DNA of 64,000 nucleotides from Acidobacteriota bacterium (GTDB lineage: Bacteria > Acidobacteriota > Vicinamibacteria > Vicinamibacterales > CAVVIG01). The stretch's first letter is position 1. Each line of letters begins with the position of its first letter. The notes under the pieces are model-generated. The model was not told the DNA's origin and did no database searches. It saw only the letters and a program-made list of their open reading frames with translations. Location of the stretch: positions 66,357-130,356 of the forward strand of contig JAYTXA010000012.1 of NCBI GenBank assembly GCA_043743165.1, given 5' to 3'. Shown one piece after another: positions 35,848 through 44,746 of this stretch. A program made the translations under genes and the position numbers.

Positions 35848-37104
35848 ATGAAATCCGTGCTGTTCGCGACCATCCTGTTGACGAGCGGCATGGCGCTGCT
35901 GGCCCAGCCCGCGATTACCGGTCAGGCGCCCACGGCCGCACCTGCAGGCACACAGACACCAGCGCAACGCGGCGCCACCTACGTCGGGTCGACGAGGTGC
36001 CAGCGGTGCCATGCGGAGACCTACTCCCGTTGGTCGAAGACGCGGATGGCCAACGTCGTCGCCGACCCCAAGGTGAACCCTCAGGCCATCCTGCCTGACC
36101 TGAGCAAACCGGATCCGCTGCTGACGTTCACGCTGAGCGACATCGCGTTTGCCTACGGCAGCAAGTGGAAGCAGCGCTATTTCACGAAAGTGGGGAACGA
36201 CTACTTCCCGCTCTCCGCGCAGTGGGACGTGCAGAACCGGGTGTGGCGCCCCTACATGGTGCAGCCGAACACCGACTGGTGGGTGTCGCACTATCCGGCC
36301 GACAACATGAAGCGGCCAACCGGGCCGCTCTGTGACGGCTGCCACTCCGTGAACTACGACGTCACCACGAAGAGCGTTACCGAGTGGAACGTCGGCTGCG
36401 AGAAGTGCCACGGCCCAGGCAGCCTGCACGTGCAGAACCCATCGAAGACCAGCATCGTCAACCCCGCGCGGCTCGACTTCGTGCGCGCGAACGACGTCTG
36501 CATCCAGTGCCACTCGCAGGGGCAGCCGCTGACCAACCCGATTGCCGGGCAGTACTACGACTGGCCGGTTGGCTTCAAGGTGGGGCTGGATCTGAAGGAC
36601 TTCTGGACGCTCGAAGAGCACAAGCTGGGCGAAACCAACTTCATGCACTACGCCGACGGCTCAGCTCACAAGAACCGGATGCAGGGTAACGACTTCGTGC
36701 AGAGCGTCATGTACACGCGCGGCGTCACCTGCTCCAGTTGCCACGACGTGCACGGCACCGCGCACAACGCCGACCTGATGAAGCCGGCAGCCGACATCTG
36801 CGCCACCTGCCATCGCGGGAACTCGCCGGCCGGGCCGCATACGAGCACCGTCGACGAGCACACGCATCACGCGGCAGGGAGCGCCGGCAGTGAGTGCGTC
36901 GCCTGCCACATGCCGAAGATCGCGCCGGAAATCGCCAACGTCAACGTCCGCTCGCATACCTTCCGCTTCATCACGCCGAAGACGAGCGACACGTTCGGGA
37001 TGCCCAATGCCTGCGTGCAGTGCCACACCGACAAGACGAACGCGTGGGCGACGACGGCGTTGCGGACGTGGACGGCGCACTCACCCTGGCGGCTCGAGCA
37101 GTAA
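35848..37104 (+). CDS. octaheme c-type cytochrome, secreted
   Basis: Trimmed to ATG 35848 (MKSVLFATILLTSGMALLA signal). Eight CxxCH motifs: CQRCH, CDGCH, CEKCH, CIQCH, CSSCH, CATCH, CVACH, CVQCH. Confidence 0.85.
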   Translation: MKSVLFATILLTSGMALLAQPAITGQAPTAAPAGTQTPAQRGATYVGSTRCQRCHAETYSRWSKTRMANVVADPKVNPQAILPDLSKPDPLLTFTLSDIAFAYGSKWKQRYFTKVGNDYFPLSAQWDVQNRVWRPYMVQPNTDWWVSHYPADNMKRPTGPLCDGCHSVNYDVTTKSVTEWNVGCEKCHGPGSLHVQNPSKTSIVNPARLDFVRANDVCIQCHSQGQPLTNPIAGQYYDWPVGFKVGLDLKDFWTLEEHKLGETNFMHYADGSAHKNRMQGNDFVQSVMYTRGVTCSSCHDVHGTAHNADLMKPAADICATCHRGNSPAGPHTSTVDEHTHHAAGSAGSECVACHMPKIAPEIANVNVRSHTFRFITPKTSDTFGMPNACVQCHTDKTNAWATTALRTWTAHSPWRLEQ

Positions 37105-37111
37105 TCCGGCC

Positions 37112-37576
37112 TCAGGCGCGCTCGGACTCGATCGTGTAGTCGTACCACTCCACGATCTTCCCGTCCTTGACCAGGAACACCCCGACGCCGTGCCAGCTTT
37201 TCAGCTGGAAACTGGTGAAGCGATCGATCCGTTCGTTGACGACCATCGGGCCGCGCGCCCAGGTATCGAGGATCTCGAACCCGGTGACGTTGTTGATGAT
37301 CATCTTGATGCGCGCGACGAGCGCGTCGCGCCCTTTGGTCGGCTCCATCGTCTCGGTCATCCGGTACGAACCGGTATCGGCGAAGAACGACAGGATGCGG
37401 TCGAGGTTGTGACTCGGCCACGCGGCGCAGAAGTCTTTCACCACCTGGATGTTCGCCGTTTCGGACGCCGTCGGTGCCGCCTGCACCCCGACGCCGATCC
37501 CCGCTGCCGCTGCCACACCAAGACCGGCAGCAAGGAAGCCCCGCCGGTCGACGCCGCCCTGTTCACTGTTGCTCAT
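37112..37576 (-). CDS. Tat-exported NTF2-like (SnoaL / limonene-1,2-epoxide hydrolase-like) protein
   Basis: Trimmed to ATG 37576. Twin-arginine signal DRRGFLAAGLGVAAAAG. NTF2-like core of about 120 aa. ATGA overlap with the upstream gene. Confidence 0.6.
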   Translation of the reverse strand: MSNSEQGGVDRRGFLAAGLGVAAAAGIGVGVQAAPTASETANIQVVKDFCAAWPSHNLDRILSFFADTGSYRMTETMEPTKGRDALVARIKMIINNVTGFEILDTWARGPMVVNERIDRFTSFQLKSWHGVGVFLVKDGKIVEWYDYTIESERA

Positions 37577-38823
37577 TGTTCGCCTTTCGTTGTCAGTCCG
37601 CGTGCGGCGGTCGCCGCACTGGCCCACGCCCACTGGAAGTTGAACCCACCCAGCCGTCCGTCCACGTCGAGCACCTCACCCACGAGGAACAGGCTGGGAC
37701 AGACGCGCGACTCCATCGTCTTCACATTGACCTCCTGCAGCGCCACGCCGCCGGCGGTCACCTCGGCGTAGTTATACCCGCGCGATCCGACGACCGGCAG
37801 CGTCCATTCGGCCAGCGCATGGGCGAGCCGCTTCCGCCCGTCGCGGGTCAGGGCACCGGCCGGCATCGCGACGTCGAGCTGCAGTGCCTGCAGCATCGCC
37901 GCCACCAGCGCCGCGGGCAGGTCGTGCGACAGCACCGTTTGCAGCGTCGCGCGAGGGCGCGCCGCGAGGAGGGCTACCAGATGGGTGTCGGCCGTGTCGA
38001 AGGTCAGCCCAGGGTAGACGCTGAGGGTGAGTGCCACCGTGCGTCCTTCCTGCACGGCGCGCGTCCAGTGGCGCGACACGTCGAGCGCTGCCGGTCCGCT
38101 GAGGCCGAAGTGGGTCCAGAGCAGCGCGCCCTGCACGCGTGCCGTGACCCGCCCGTCGACCCACACCGCAATCTCGGCGTCGTGAGCCACGCCCGAGAGG
38201 GTGGCATGCGGCAGGCGTCCATTCGCGTCCAGCAATAGCGGCACAAGCGCCGGCACCGGCGGCACGACGTGATGCCCACGCGCGCGGGCCAGTGCGTAGC
38301 CGCTACCGTCGCTGCCGCTCTTCGGCAACGATTGCCCGCCGGTGGCCAGCACCACCTGGCTTGCATGGATGACCCCCTGCGAGGTGTCCAGCGCGAACCG
38401 ATCGGGTTCGCGCGTCAGCGCCCGCACGCGGCAGTCGTCGAGTCGCTCGACGCCGAGCTGTGCGCACGCGGTCAGCAGCGCCTCGAGCACATCGCGCGAT
38501 CGGTTCGAGTTGGGAAAGAGCTTGCCGCCCGGCTCTTCGTGCAGGGGCACGCCGAGGTCCGCAAAGAACTGCACCGTCTGCGCCACGGGCAAGGCGCGCA
38601 GCACCTGCCTGATGGCCGCGCGTGAGCCGCCATGGAAGTCGTGTTCGGTGACCTCGGCGTTGGTGACGTTGCAGCGGCTGCCGCCGCTGACCAGAATCTT
38701 GGCGCCCGGCCGTCGGGCGCCATCGATCAGGCGCACACGGGCAGCGCGATCGTGCCGGCGAATGAAGATGGCGGTGGCCAGGCCGGCCGCTCCGGCTCCG
38801 ACGATGGCGATGTCGCGTGACAC
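37573..38823 (-). CDS. HI0933/BaiN-family FAD-dependent oxidoreductase
   Basis: 416 aa. IAIVGAGAAGLATA dinucleotide fold, GGSRCNVTN, and the C-terminal GEVLDVDGRLGGFNFQWAW motif typical of the family. Confidence 0.85.
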   Translation of the reverse strand: MSRDIAIVGAGAAGLATAIFIRRHDRAARVRLIDGARRPGAKILVSGGSRCNVTNAEVTEHDFHGGSRAAIRQVLRALPVAQTVQFFADLGVPLHEEPGGKLFPNSNRSRDVLEALLTACAQLGVERLDDCRVRALTREPDRFALDTSQGVIHASQVVLATGGQSLPKSGSDGSGYALARARGHHVVPPVPALVPLLLDANGRLPHATLSGVAHDAEIAVWVDGRVTARVQGALLWTHFGLSGPAALDVSRHWTRAVQEGRTVALTLSVYPGLTFDTADTHLVALLAARPRATLQTVLSHDLPAALVAAMLQALQLDVAMPAGALTRDGRKRLAHALAEWTLPVVGSRGYNYAEVTAGGVALQEVNVKTMESRVCPSLFLVGEVLDVDGRLGGFNFQWAWASAATAARGLTTKGEQ

Positions 38824-38831
38824 GGGAGGGT

Positions 38832-39026
38832 TCAGCGCTTACGGCGCGTCAGGAAGGCGAGGACCAGAAGTGCGGCGCCGATGGCCAGCCAGGTGTTGCG
38901 ATTGACGTCGCGCAGGCCGTCGACCAGTTCGTTGCCAATCGTTGCCATCGAATCCGAGATCGACGTTGCCGTCGATCCGAGGCCGCCATATTCGAGCAGC
39001 GATTGCGCCAGCAGCAGCGGGGTCAC
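38832..39026 (-). CDS. small hypothetical protein with C-terminal TM anchor and basic tail
   Basis: 64 aa with GTG start and GC3-rich codons. C-terminus WLAIGAALLVLAFLTRRKR. Stop lies 8 nt before the flavoprotein start. Confidence 0.45.
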   Translation of the reverse strand: MTPLLLAQSLLEYGGLGSTATSISDSMATIGNELVDGLRDVNRNTWLAIGAALLVLAFLTRRKR

Positions 39027-39131
39027 GTCCGCATAGTGCCCTGACTATGGCCCGCGCGCCAGCACTATTCTCCCGCGGCATGCCCCGGCCGGGCCGGGCG
39101 GACGTGCTCGACGCGCTATGATCAGGGCGCG

Positions 39132-40451
39132 TTGAATCGGCTCGACTCCCCCTTCTTCATCGCCTGGCTGTTCAGGGCTGCGGCGTGGACGTGTGTCGCC
39201 TGGCTGCTTGGCTGGCGTGGTGTGCTGGTGCTGGCGGTCATGGCCCTGCTCACGCACGCGGCGGCGCTCGCTGCCTATCAGCGGCGCGCCCACGCGTCGC
39301 AATCCGCCGCCATCGTCTTCGGCGCGGTGACAGCTCACGTTGTGCTCTTCCTGACGGTGCTGCGTCCTGGCGTGTGGCCCATGGCGATGCCGGCCGGACT
39401 TGGCGTCTTCCTCTGCCACGCCGTGTCGTACCTCGTCGATGTGCGACGCGGCATCGTCGATCCGCGGCGTCACCTGGCGGCGCTGCTCTTCCTATTCCAG
39501 CTTCCGATCTTTCCGTCAGGGCCGCTGTCACGGTTCCACGACTTCAACCACCAGCTGGCACGCACCGACGTCAGCATGGCCGGCTTCTCGTACGGGGTTC
39601 GGCGCATCTCGCAGGGGCTGACCAAGGTTTACCTCGTGGCCGGTCCGCTCGGGTCGGTGGCCGGGCGTATCTTCGCGCTGCCGGTTACCAAGCTGTCGAC
39701 CGACAGCGCCTGGCTTGGTGCGGTCTGCGTCGCGCTCGAGATCTACTTCTACCTCTCGGGCTTCTCCGACGTCGGCATCGGCCTCGGCAAGATACTCGGC
39801 CTGCGTTACCAGGAGAACTTCAGGCGCCCCTACACCGCCGACTCGATCCGGGAATTCTGGCGGCGCTGGAACATCACGCTCATCACCTGGCTGCGCGACT
39901 ACGTCTCGTTGCCGATCGCGGGGCACGAACGCGGCAACCGCCGCCTGTTCGCCCGCACCATCTGCGGCTTCGTGCTGGTCGGCCTGTGGACCGAGGCGTC
40001 GTGGAGCGTGCTGCCGTGGGCGGTGTACTGCGCCACCTGGCTGGCGATCGAGGCCGCCGGACTCGGTGCTCTGCTGCCGCGCGTGCCACGCGCGCTGCGG
40101 CACGCCTACGTGTTGCTGGTCGTGCTCCTGGGGTGGGTGCTGTTGCGGGCGAGCGGGCCGGGGCCGTTGCTTGGCTATCTCGAGGCGATGGTGGGCGCGT
40201 CGATCGCGCCGTTCGGCGCGTCTGCGGGGTACTTCACGCTCGGCTTCAGCACAGCGCTCGGCTGTGCGCTCATCTTCGCGGGGCCGCTGGTCGGCAATCT
40301 CAGCCGGTGGCGCGTGTCGGTCGACTCGGCGGTGGCTTCGCTGCTGATGATGTTCGCGGCGACCGGCATCCTGCTCTGGCACGCGGCAAACGGCGTGCGG
40401 CGTCTCTACGAGCTGGCCGCCGGCACCAGGCCAGGCCGCCCCAGGCCCTGA
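39132..40451 (+). CDS. MBOAT-family (AlgI/DltB-like) membrane protein, atypical
   Basis: 439 aa with TTG start. SYLVDVRRG, FPSGPLSR, FSDVGIGLGKILG and EFWRRWNITLITWLRDYV align to AlgI-type motifs, but with Asn and Thr where His is expected. Confidence 0.8.
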   Translation: MNRLDSPFFIAWLFRAAAWTCVAWLLGWRGVLVLAVMALLTHAAALAAYQRRAHASQSAAIVFGAVTAHVVLFLTVLRPGVWPMAMPAGLGVFLCHAVSYLVDVRRGIVDPRRHLAALLFLFQLPIFPSGPLSRFHDFNHQLARTDVSMAGFSYGVRRISQGLTKVYLVAGPLGSVAGRIFALPVTKLSTDSAWLGAVCVALEIYFYLSGFSDVGIGLGKILGLRYQENFRRPYTADSIREFWRRWNITLITWLRDYVSLPIAGHERGNRRLFARTICGFVLVGLWTEASWSVLPWAVYCATWLAIEAAGLGALLPRVPRALRHAYVLLVVLLGWVLLRASGPGPLLGYLEAMVGASIAPFGASAGYFTLGFSTALGCALIFAGPLVGNLSRWRVSVDSAVASLLMMFAATGILLWHAANGVRRLYELAAGTRPGRPRP

Positions 40452-40536
40452 GCGTCGTTCGCTGGACTCTGCTTGCCGCTTGGGCGTCTAATGAGCGGAG
40501 GAGCGCACCGACCCGCGCCCGAGGACGGAATCCATC

Positions 40537-40920
40537 GTGCCCATTGCCATTGCCAGGGATGACGAGCAGCGCCAGATCACGGTGACCGTGTCAGACCCGT
40601 GGAGTGTCGAGGAAATCGCGATTGCGGTCGATCGTCAGCTTGCCGAGCAGGTGTGGAGCTACGGCACGCTCTACGATCTACGCGGCAGCAACTGGGTGCC
40701 TTCCGAGGCCGACGTGCTCTGGCTCGTGAAGCGCGGCCAGCAGCAGGTGGCGCGGCACGGCGCGCGCGGCCCGGTGGCCGTGCTGCTCGATGCCAATAAC
40801 CAGGCGGCTTTGTTGCGGAAGTACGCCGAGTACGGCGGCGAACACAGCCATGTCACTGTCGCGGTCTTCGACGACCCAGCGGCAGCCGGGCCATGGCTGG
40901 CCGCTCACAGGCACAGCTGA
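40537..40920 (+). CDS. hypothetical protein
   Basis: 127 aa with GTG start after GAGGACGG. No recognisable motif. Confidence 0.5.
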   Translation: MPIAIARDDEQRQITVTVSDPWSVEEIAIAVDRQLAEQVWSYGTLYDLRGSNWVPSEADVLWLVKRGQQQVARHGARGPVAVLLDANNQAALLRKYAEYGGEHSHVTVAVFDDPAAAGPWLAAHRHS

Positions 40921-40948
40921 CGCGCCCGCCGGCGGTCGCCCAACAAGC

Positions 40949-40975
40949 AAAAAGCCCGGATGTCTCCGGGCTTTT
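40949..40975. terminator. bidirectional intrinsic terminator
   Basis: AAAAA-GCCCGGA-TGTC-TCCGGGC-TTTT between convergent genes. Confidence 0.65.
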
Positions 40976-41004
40976 CGAGCGTACGCGACGAGTTGCGCCG
41001 ACGT

Positions 41005-41091
41005 TCAGTTGAACAGGAACAGGGCGAAGATGACGGCGACAATCCCCGCAAAGCCCACATGAATCCACAGCAGTCCGAAGTGATCGTCCAT
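41005..41091 (-). CDS. possible 28-aa hydrophobic micropeptide
   Basis: MDDHFGLLWIHVGFAGIVAVIFALFLFN forms a single TM helix. Lies between tRNA-Leu and the terminator. Weak purine-rich upstream sequence. Confidence 0.35.
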   Translation of the reverse strand: MDDHFGLLWIHVGFAGIVAVIFALFLFN

Positions 41092-41119
41092 GTCTCTCGT
41101 CCTGAAGAATTGAAAAATC

Positions 41120-41206
41120 TGGTGCGGAAGGGGGGACTCGAACCCCCACGATATTGCTACCGCCAGCCCCTCAAGCTGGTGCGTCTGCCAATTCCGCCAC
41201 TTCCGC
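41120..41206 (-). tRNA. tRNA-Leu (anticodon GAG), CCA encoded
   Basis: GCGGAAGTGGCGGAATTGGCAGACGCACCAGCTTGAGGGGCTGGCGGTAGCAATATCGTGGGGGTTCGAGTCCCCCCTTCCGCACCA. 7-bp acceptor stem, long variable arm, loop TTGAGGG. Confidence 0.93.
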
Positions 41207-41221
41207 AAGTGGTGCGAGGAC

Positions 41222-41638
41222 TTACTTCGCGTCTGGTGCTGGCGTTGCCGGAGCGGCCGGAGCCGTCGCCGGTGCTGCAGCCGGAGCCGCGGCCGGCGCG
41301 GTCTGACCAGCAGCCGGAGCCGCCTGCTGACCTGCTGCCGGAGTGCCCGCAGGAGCGACTGGCGCCGGAGGAGGCGCGCTGCTGCTGAGGACCGAACCAG
41401 AACCACCGCGCTGACCCATGATCGCGAGGCCGAGCGCGCCGAGCATGAAGACGATTGCCATAGCCGTGGTCGCCTTCGACAGGACGGTGGCACCGGCGCG
41501 GGCGCCGAAGGCCGCCTGGCTGCTGCCGCCGCCAAAGGCACTCGCCATATCGCCGCCCTTGCCTTGCTGCAGCAGGATGACCAGCAGCAGCACGAGGCAC
41601 GACAGCACGTAAATTGTTGTGAGCAAGTAGTAGAGCAT
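41222..41638 (-). CDS. secG: preprotein translocase subunit SecG with Ala/Pro-rich C-terminal extension
   Basis: Trimmed to ATG 41638. MLYYLLTTIYVLSCLVLLLVILLQQGKGGDMASAFGG is the SecG signature. A second TM helix is followed by about 55 aa of A/P/G-rich tail. Confidence 0.85.
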   Translation of the reverse strand: MLYYLLTTIYVLSCLVLLLVILLQQGKGGDMASAFGGGSSQAAFGARAGATVLSKATTAMAIVFMLGALGLAIMGQRGGSGSVLSSSAPPPAPVAPAGTPAAGQQAAPAAGQTAPAAAPAAAPATAPAAPATPAPDAK

Positions 41639-41661
41639 CAGGAGGCTTTCGGAAACACCGA

Positions 41662-42429
<768 letters not shown>

Positions 42430-42441
42430 AGGGCCTCAGAT

Positions 42442-43632
42442 CTACGTGTCGCCGAGCGCCGCAACACCGGGCAGGACGCGCCCGCCGAGGAACTCGAGCG
42501 AGGCGCCGCCGCCCGTGGAGATATGCGTGATGCGGTCGGTCATGCCCGACTTCCGGATGGCCGAGATCGAATCGCCGCCGCCGACGATGGTGGTGCCGTG
42601 CACCTGCGCCACCGCCCTGGCGAGAGCGTTGGTGCCGCCTGCGAACGCATCAATCTCGAAGACCCCCATCGGGCCGTTCCAGACCACCGTGCGCGCATCC
42701 TTCAGCAGCGCCTCGTACTTCGCGATGGTGAGCGGACCGATGTCCACACCCATCCGGTCGCCAATCGACGCATCATCGATGGCAAGTACCTCGTGCGGCG
42801 CGTCGGCAGAGATGGCGGTCGTCACCACGTGATCAACCGGCAGCGCCAGCTCGACGCCTTTGGCTGCCGCATCGGCCGTGATGGTGCGGGCCTCCTCGAG
42901 CTTGTCGTCCTCGACCAGCGAGGTGCCGATCGGGATGCCGCGTGACTTCAGGAACGTGTAGGCCATGGCGCCGCCGATGATCAGGCGGTCGACCTTCCCC
43001 AGCATGTTCGCGATCACCTCGATCTTGTCCGACACCTTCGCGCCGCCGAGAATGCCGACGAACGGCCGCTCGGGCGCCTCGAGCACATGGCTCAGGTACT
43101 TCAGCTCCTGCTCCATGAGCAGGCCGGCCGCCGGCTTCGGGAAGTGGTGCGTGATGGCCTCGACCGAGGCGTGCGCGCGGTGCGCCGCCCCGAAGGCATC
43201 GTTCACGTAGTCGTCGGCCACATCGGCGAGCTGCTTCGCGAACGTCTCGTCGTTCTTCTCTTCGGCCGCGTGGAAGCGGAGGTTCTCGAGCAGCACGACG
43301 CCGTTGGCGCGCCGCGCCTCCTCCACTGCCCGGTCCACGTCGGGACCGACGCAGTCGGACGCAAAGCTCACCGGGCGCCCGAGCAGTTCCTGCAGACGCG
43401 CCGCAACCGGCGCGAGCGTGTACGCCATGTTCGGCGCGCCATTCGGACGTCCGAGGTGGCTGGCGATGATCGGCAGGGCGCCCGAGTCGAGCGCGAACTG
43501 GATGGTTGGGAGCGACGCCCGGATGCGGGTGTCGTCGGTGATGACGCCGTTCTTGATGGGGACGTTGAAGTCGACGCGGATGAAGAGCCGTCGTCCGTGC
43601 AGGTGCAGGTCGCGAATCGACAGTTTGGCCAT
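42442..43632 (-). CDS. pgk: phosphoglycerate kinase
   Basis: Trimmed to ATG 43632 (MAKLSIRDL..RVDFNVP). SHLGRP and the GGGDS..A motif. Confidence 0.93.
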   Translation of the reverse strand: MAKLSIRDLHLHGRRLFIRVDFNVPIKNGVITDDTRIRASLPTIQFALDSGALPIIASHLGRPNGAPNMAYTLAPVAARLQELLGRPVSFASDCVGPDVDRAVEEARRANGVVLLENLRFHAAEEKNDETFAKQLADVADDYVNDAFGAAHRAHASVEAITHHFPKPAAGLLMEQELKYLSHVLEAPERPFVGILGGAKVSDKIEVIANMLGKVDRLIIGGAMAYTFLKSRGIPIGTSLVEDDKLEEARTITADAAAKGVELALPVDHVVTTAISADAPHEVLAIDDASIGDRMGVDIGPLTIAKYEALLKDARTVVWNGPMGVFEIDAFAGGTNALARAVAQVHGTTIVGGGDSISAIRKSGMTDRITHISTGGGASLEFLGGRVLPGVAALGDT

Positions 43633-43643
43633 CGGCGCCTCGG

Positions 43644-44651
43644 TTACAGACCTTTCTTCACGAGCAACCGCAGCAGGTCGACGCAGCGGCTCGAGTAGCC
43701 CCACTCGTTGTCGTACCACGAGAGCAGCTTCGCGAAGTCGCCGTCCATCACCTTGGTGTAAGCCGAGTCGACGATCGACGAGTTCGGGTTACCGCGGAAG
43801 TCGATCGACACCAGCGGATCGTCCGAGATGGCGAGGATGCCCTTCAGAGGTCCCTCGGCCGCCGCCCGCAGGGCGGCGTTCAACTCTTCTGCGGTGGTCT
43901 TCCGGCCAAGCAGCACGGAGAGGTCGACGACCGAGACGTTCGGTGTCGGCACACGCATCGAGAAGCCATCGAGCCGCCCCTTCAAGGCGGGCAGCACCTC
44001 GCCCACCGCGGTGGCCGCGCCGGTGGTGGTGGGGATCATCGACAGGGCAGCCGCGCGCGCACGGCGCAGGTCCTTGTGCGGCAGGTCGAGCAGGTTCTGG
44101 TCGTTGGTGTAGGAGTGGATAGTGGTCATCCAGCCGCGCTGGATGCCGAAGACCTCGTGGATGACCTTGGCGACCGGAGCGAGGCAGTTAGTGGTGCAGG
44201 AGGCGTTCGAGATGATGTGATGGGTGGCGGCGTCGTAGAGCTCGTCGTTCACGCCCATCACGATGCTCACGTCCGGACCCTTGGCCGGCGCCGTGATGAT
44301 CACCTTCTTCGCGCCTGCCGTCAGGTGCTTCGCCGCATCGTCGCGCTTGGTGAAGTGGCCGGTGCCCTCGAACACGACGTCGACGCCCAGGTCCTTCCAC
44401 GGCAGCGTTGCCGGATCCTTTACCGACAGCACCTTGAACGCGTCGCCGTTCACCGTGATGCCGTCACCCTCTGCCTTGACGCTCGCGTCGAGGTTGCCCA
44501 TCACGGAGTCGTACTTGAGCAGATGCGCGAGGGTTGCCGCGTCGGTGAGGTCGTTCACCGCCACGAAATCAATGCTCGTGTCGCCGAGTGCGGCCCGCAT
44601 GATGTTGCGGCCAATGCGCCCGAATCCGTTGATGCCAACTCGTACCGCCAT
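43644..44651 (-). CDS. gap: glyceraldehyde-3-phosphate dehydrogenase
   Basis: Trimmed to ATG 44651 (MAVRVGINGFGRIGRN). Active site SNASCTTNC. AAGGAG upstream. Confidence 0.93.
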   Translation of the reverse strand: MAVRVGINGFGRIGRNIMRAALGDTSIDFVAVNDLTDAATLAHLLKYDSVMGNLDASVKAEGDGITVNGDAFKVLSVKDPATLPWKDLGVDVVFEGTGHFTKRDDAAKHLTAGAKKVIITAPAKGPDVSIVMGVNDELYDAATHHIISNASCTTNCLAPVAKVIHEVFGIQRGWMTTIHSYTNDQNLLDLPHKDLRRARAAALSMIPTTTGAATAVGEVLPALKGRLDGFSMRVPTPNVSVVDLSVLLGRKTTAEELNAALRAAAEGPLKGILAISDDPLVSIDFRGNPNSSIVDSAYTKVMDGDFAKLLSWYDNEWGYSSRCVDLLRLLVKKGL

Positions 44652-44700
44652 GAAAGCGCTCCTTTGCGCCGAGTCCGATGCCGACTCGAACAAACACGTA

Positions 44701-44730
44701 AGTGTAATGAACGCGCTTGCGGGGGGTCAA
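44701..44730 (-). promoter_or_regulatory. candidate promoter of the gap-pgk-tpiA-secG operon
   Basis: On the minus strand: TTGACC (44730-44725), 18 nt, TACACT (44706-44701). Confidence 0.45.
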
Positions 44731-44746
44731 ACCGTCCAGATATACT
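44717..44746 (+). promoter_or_regulatory. candidate promoter of the waaA-lpxK operon
   Basis: TTGCGG (44717-44722), 18 nt, TATACT (44741-44746). Back-to-back with the gap promoter. Confidence 0.4.

Noticed and set aside
38832-39026. Flp/type IVb pilin, because of the LLEYGGL string.
   Set aside because: No G/xxxxEY prepilin cleavage context followed by a hydrophobic helix. The only TM segment is C-terminal.
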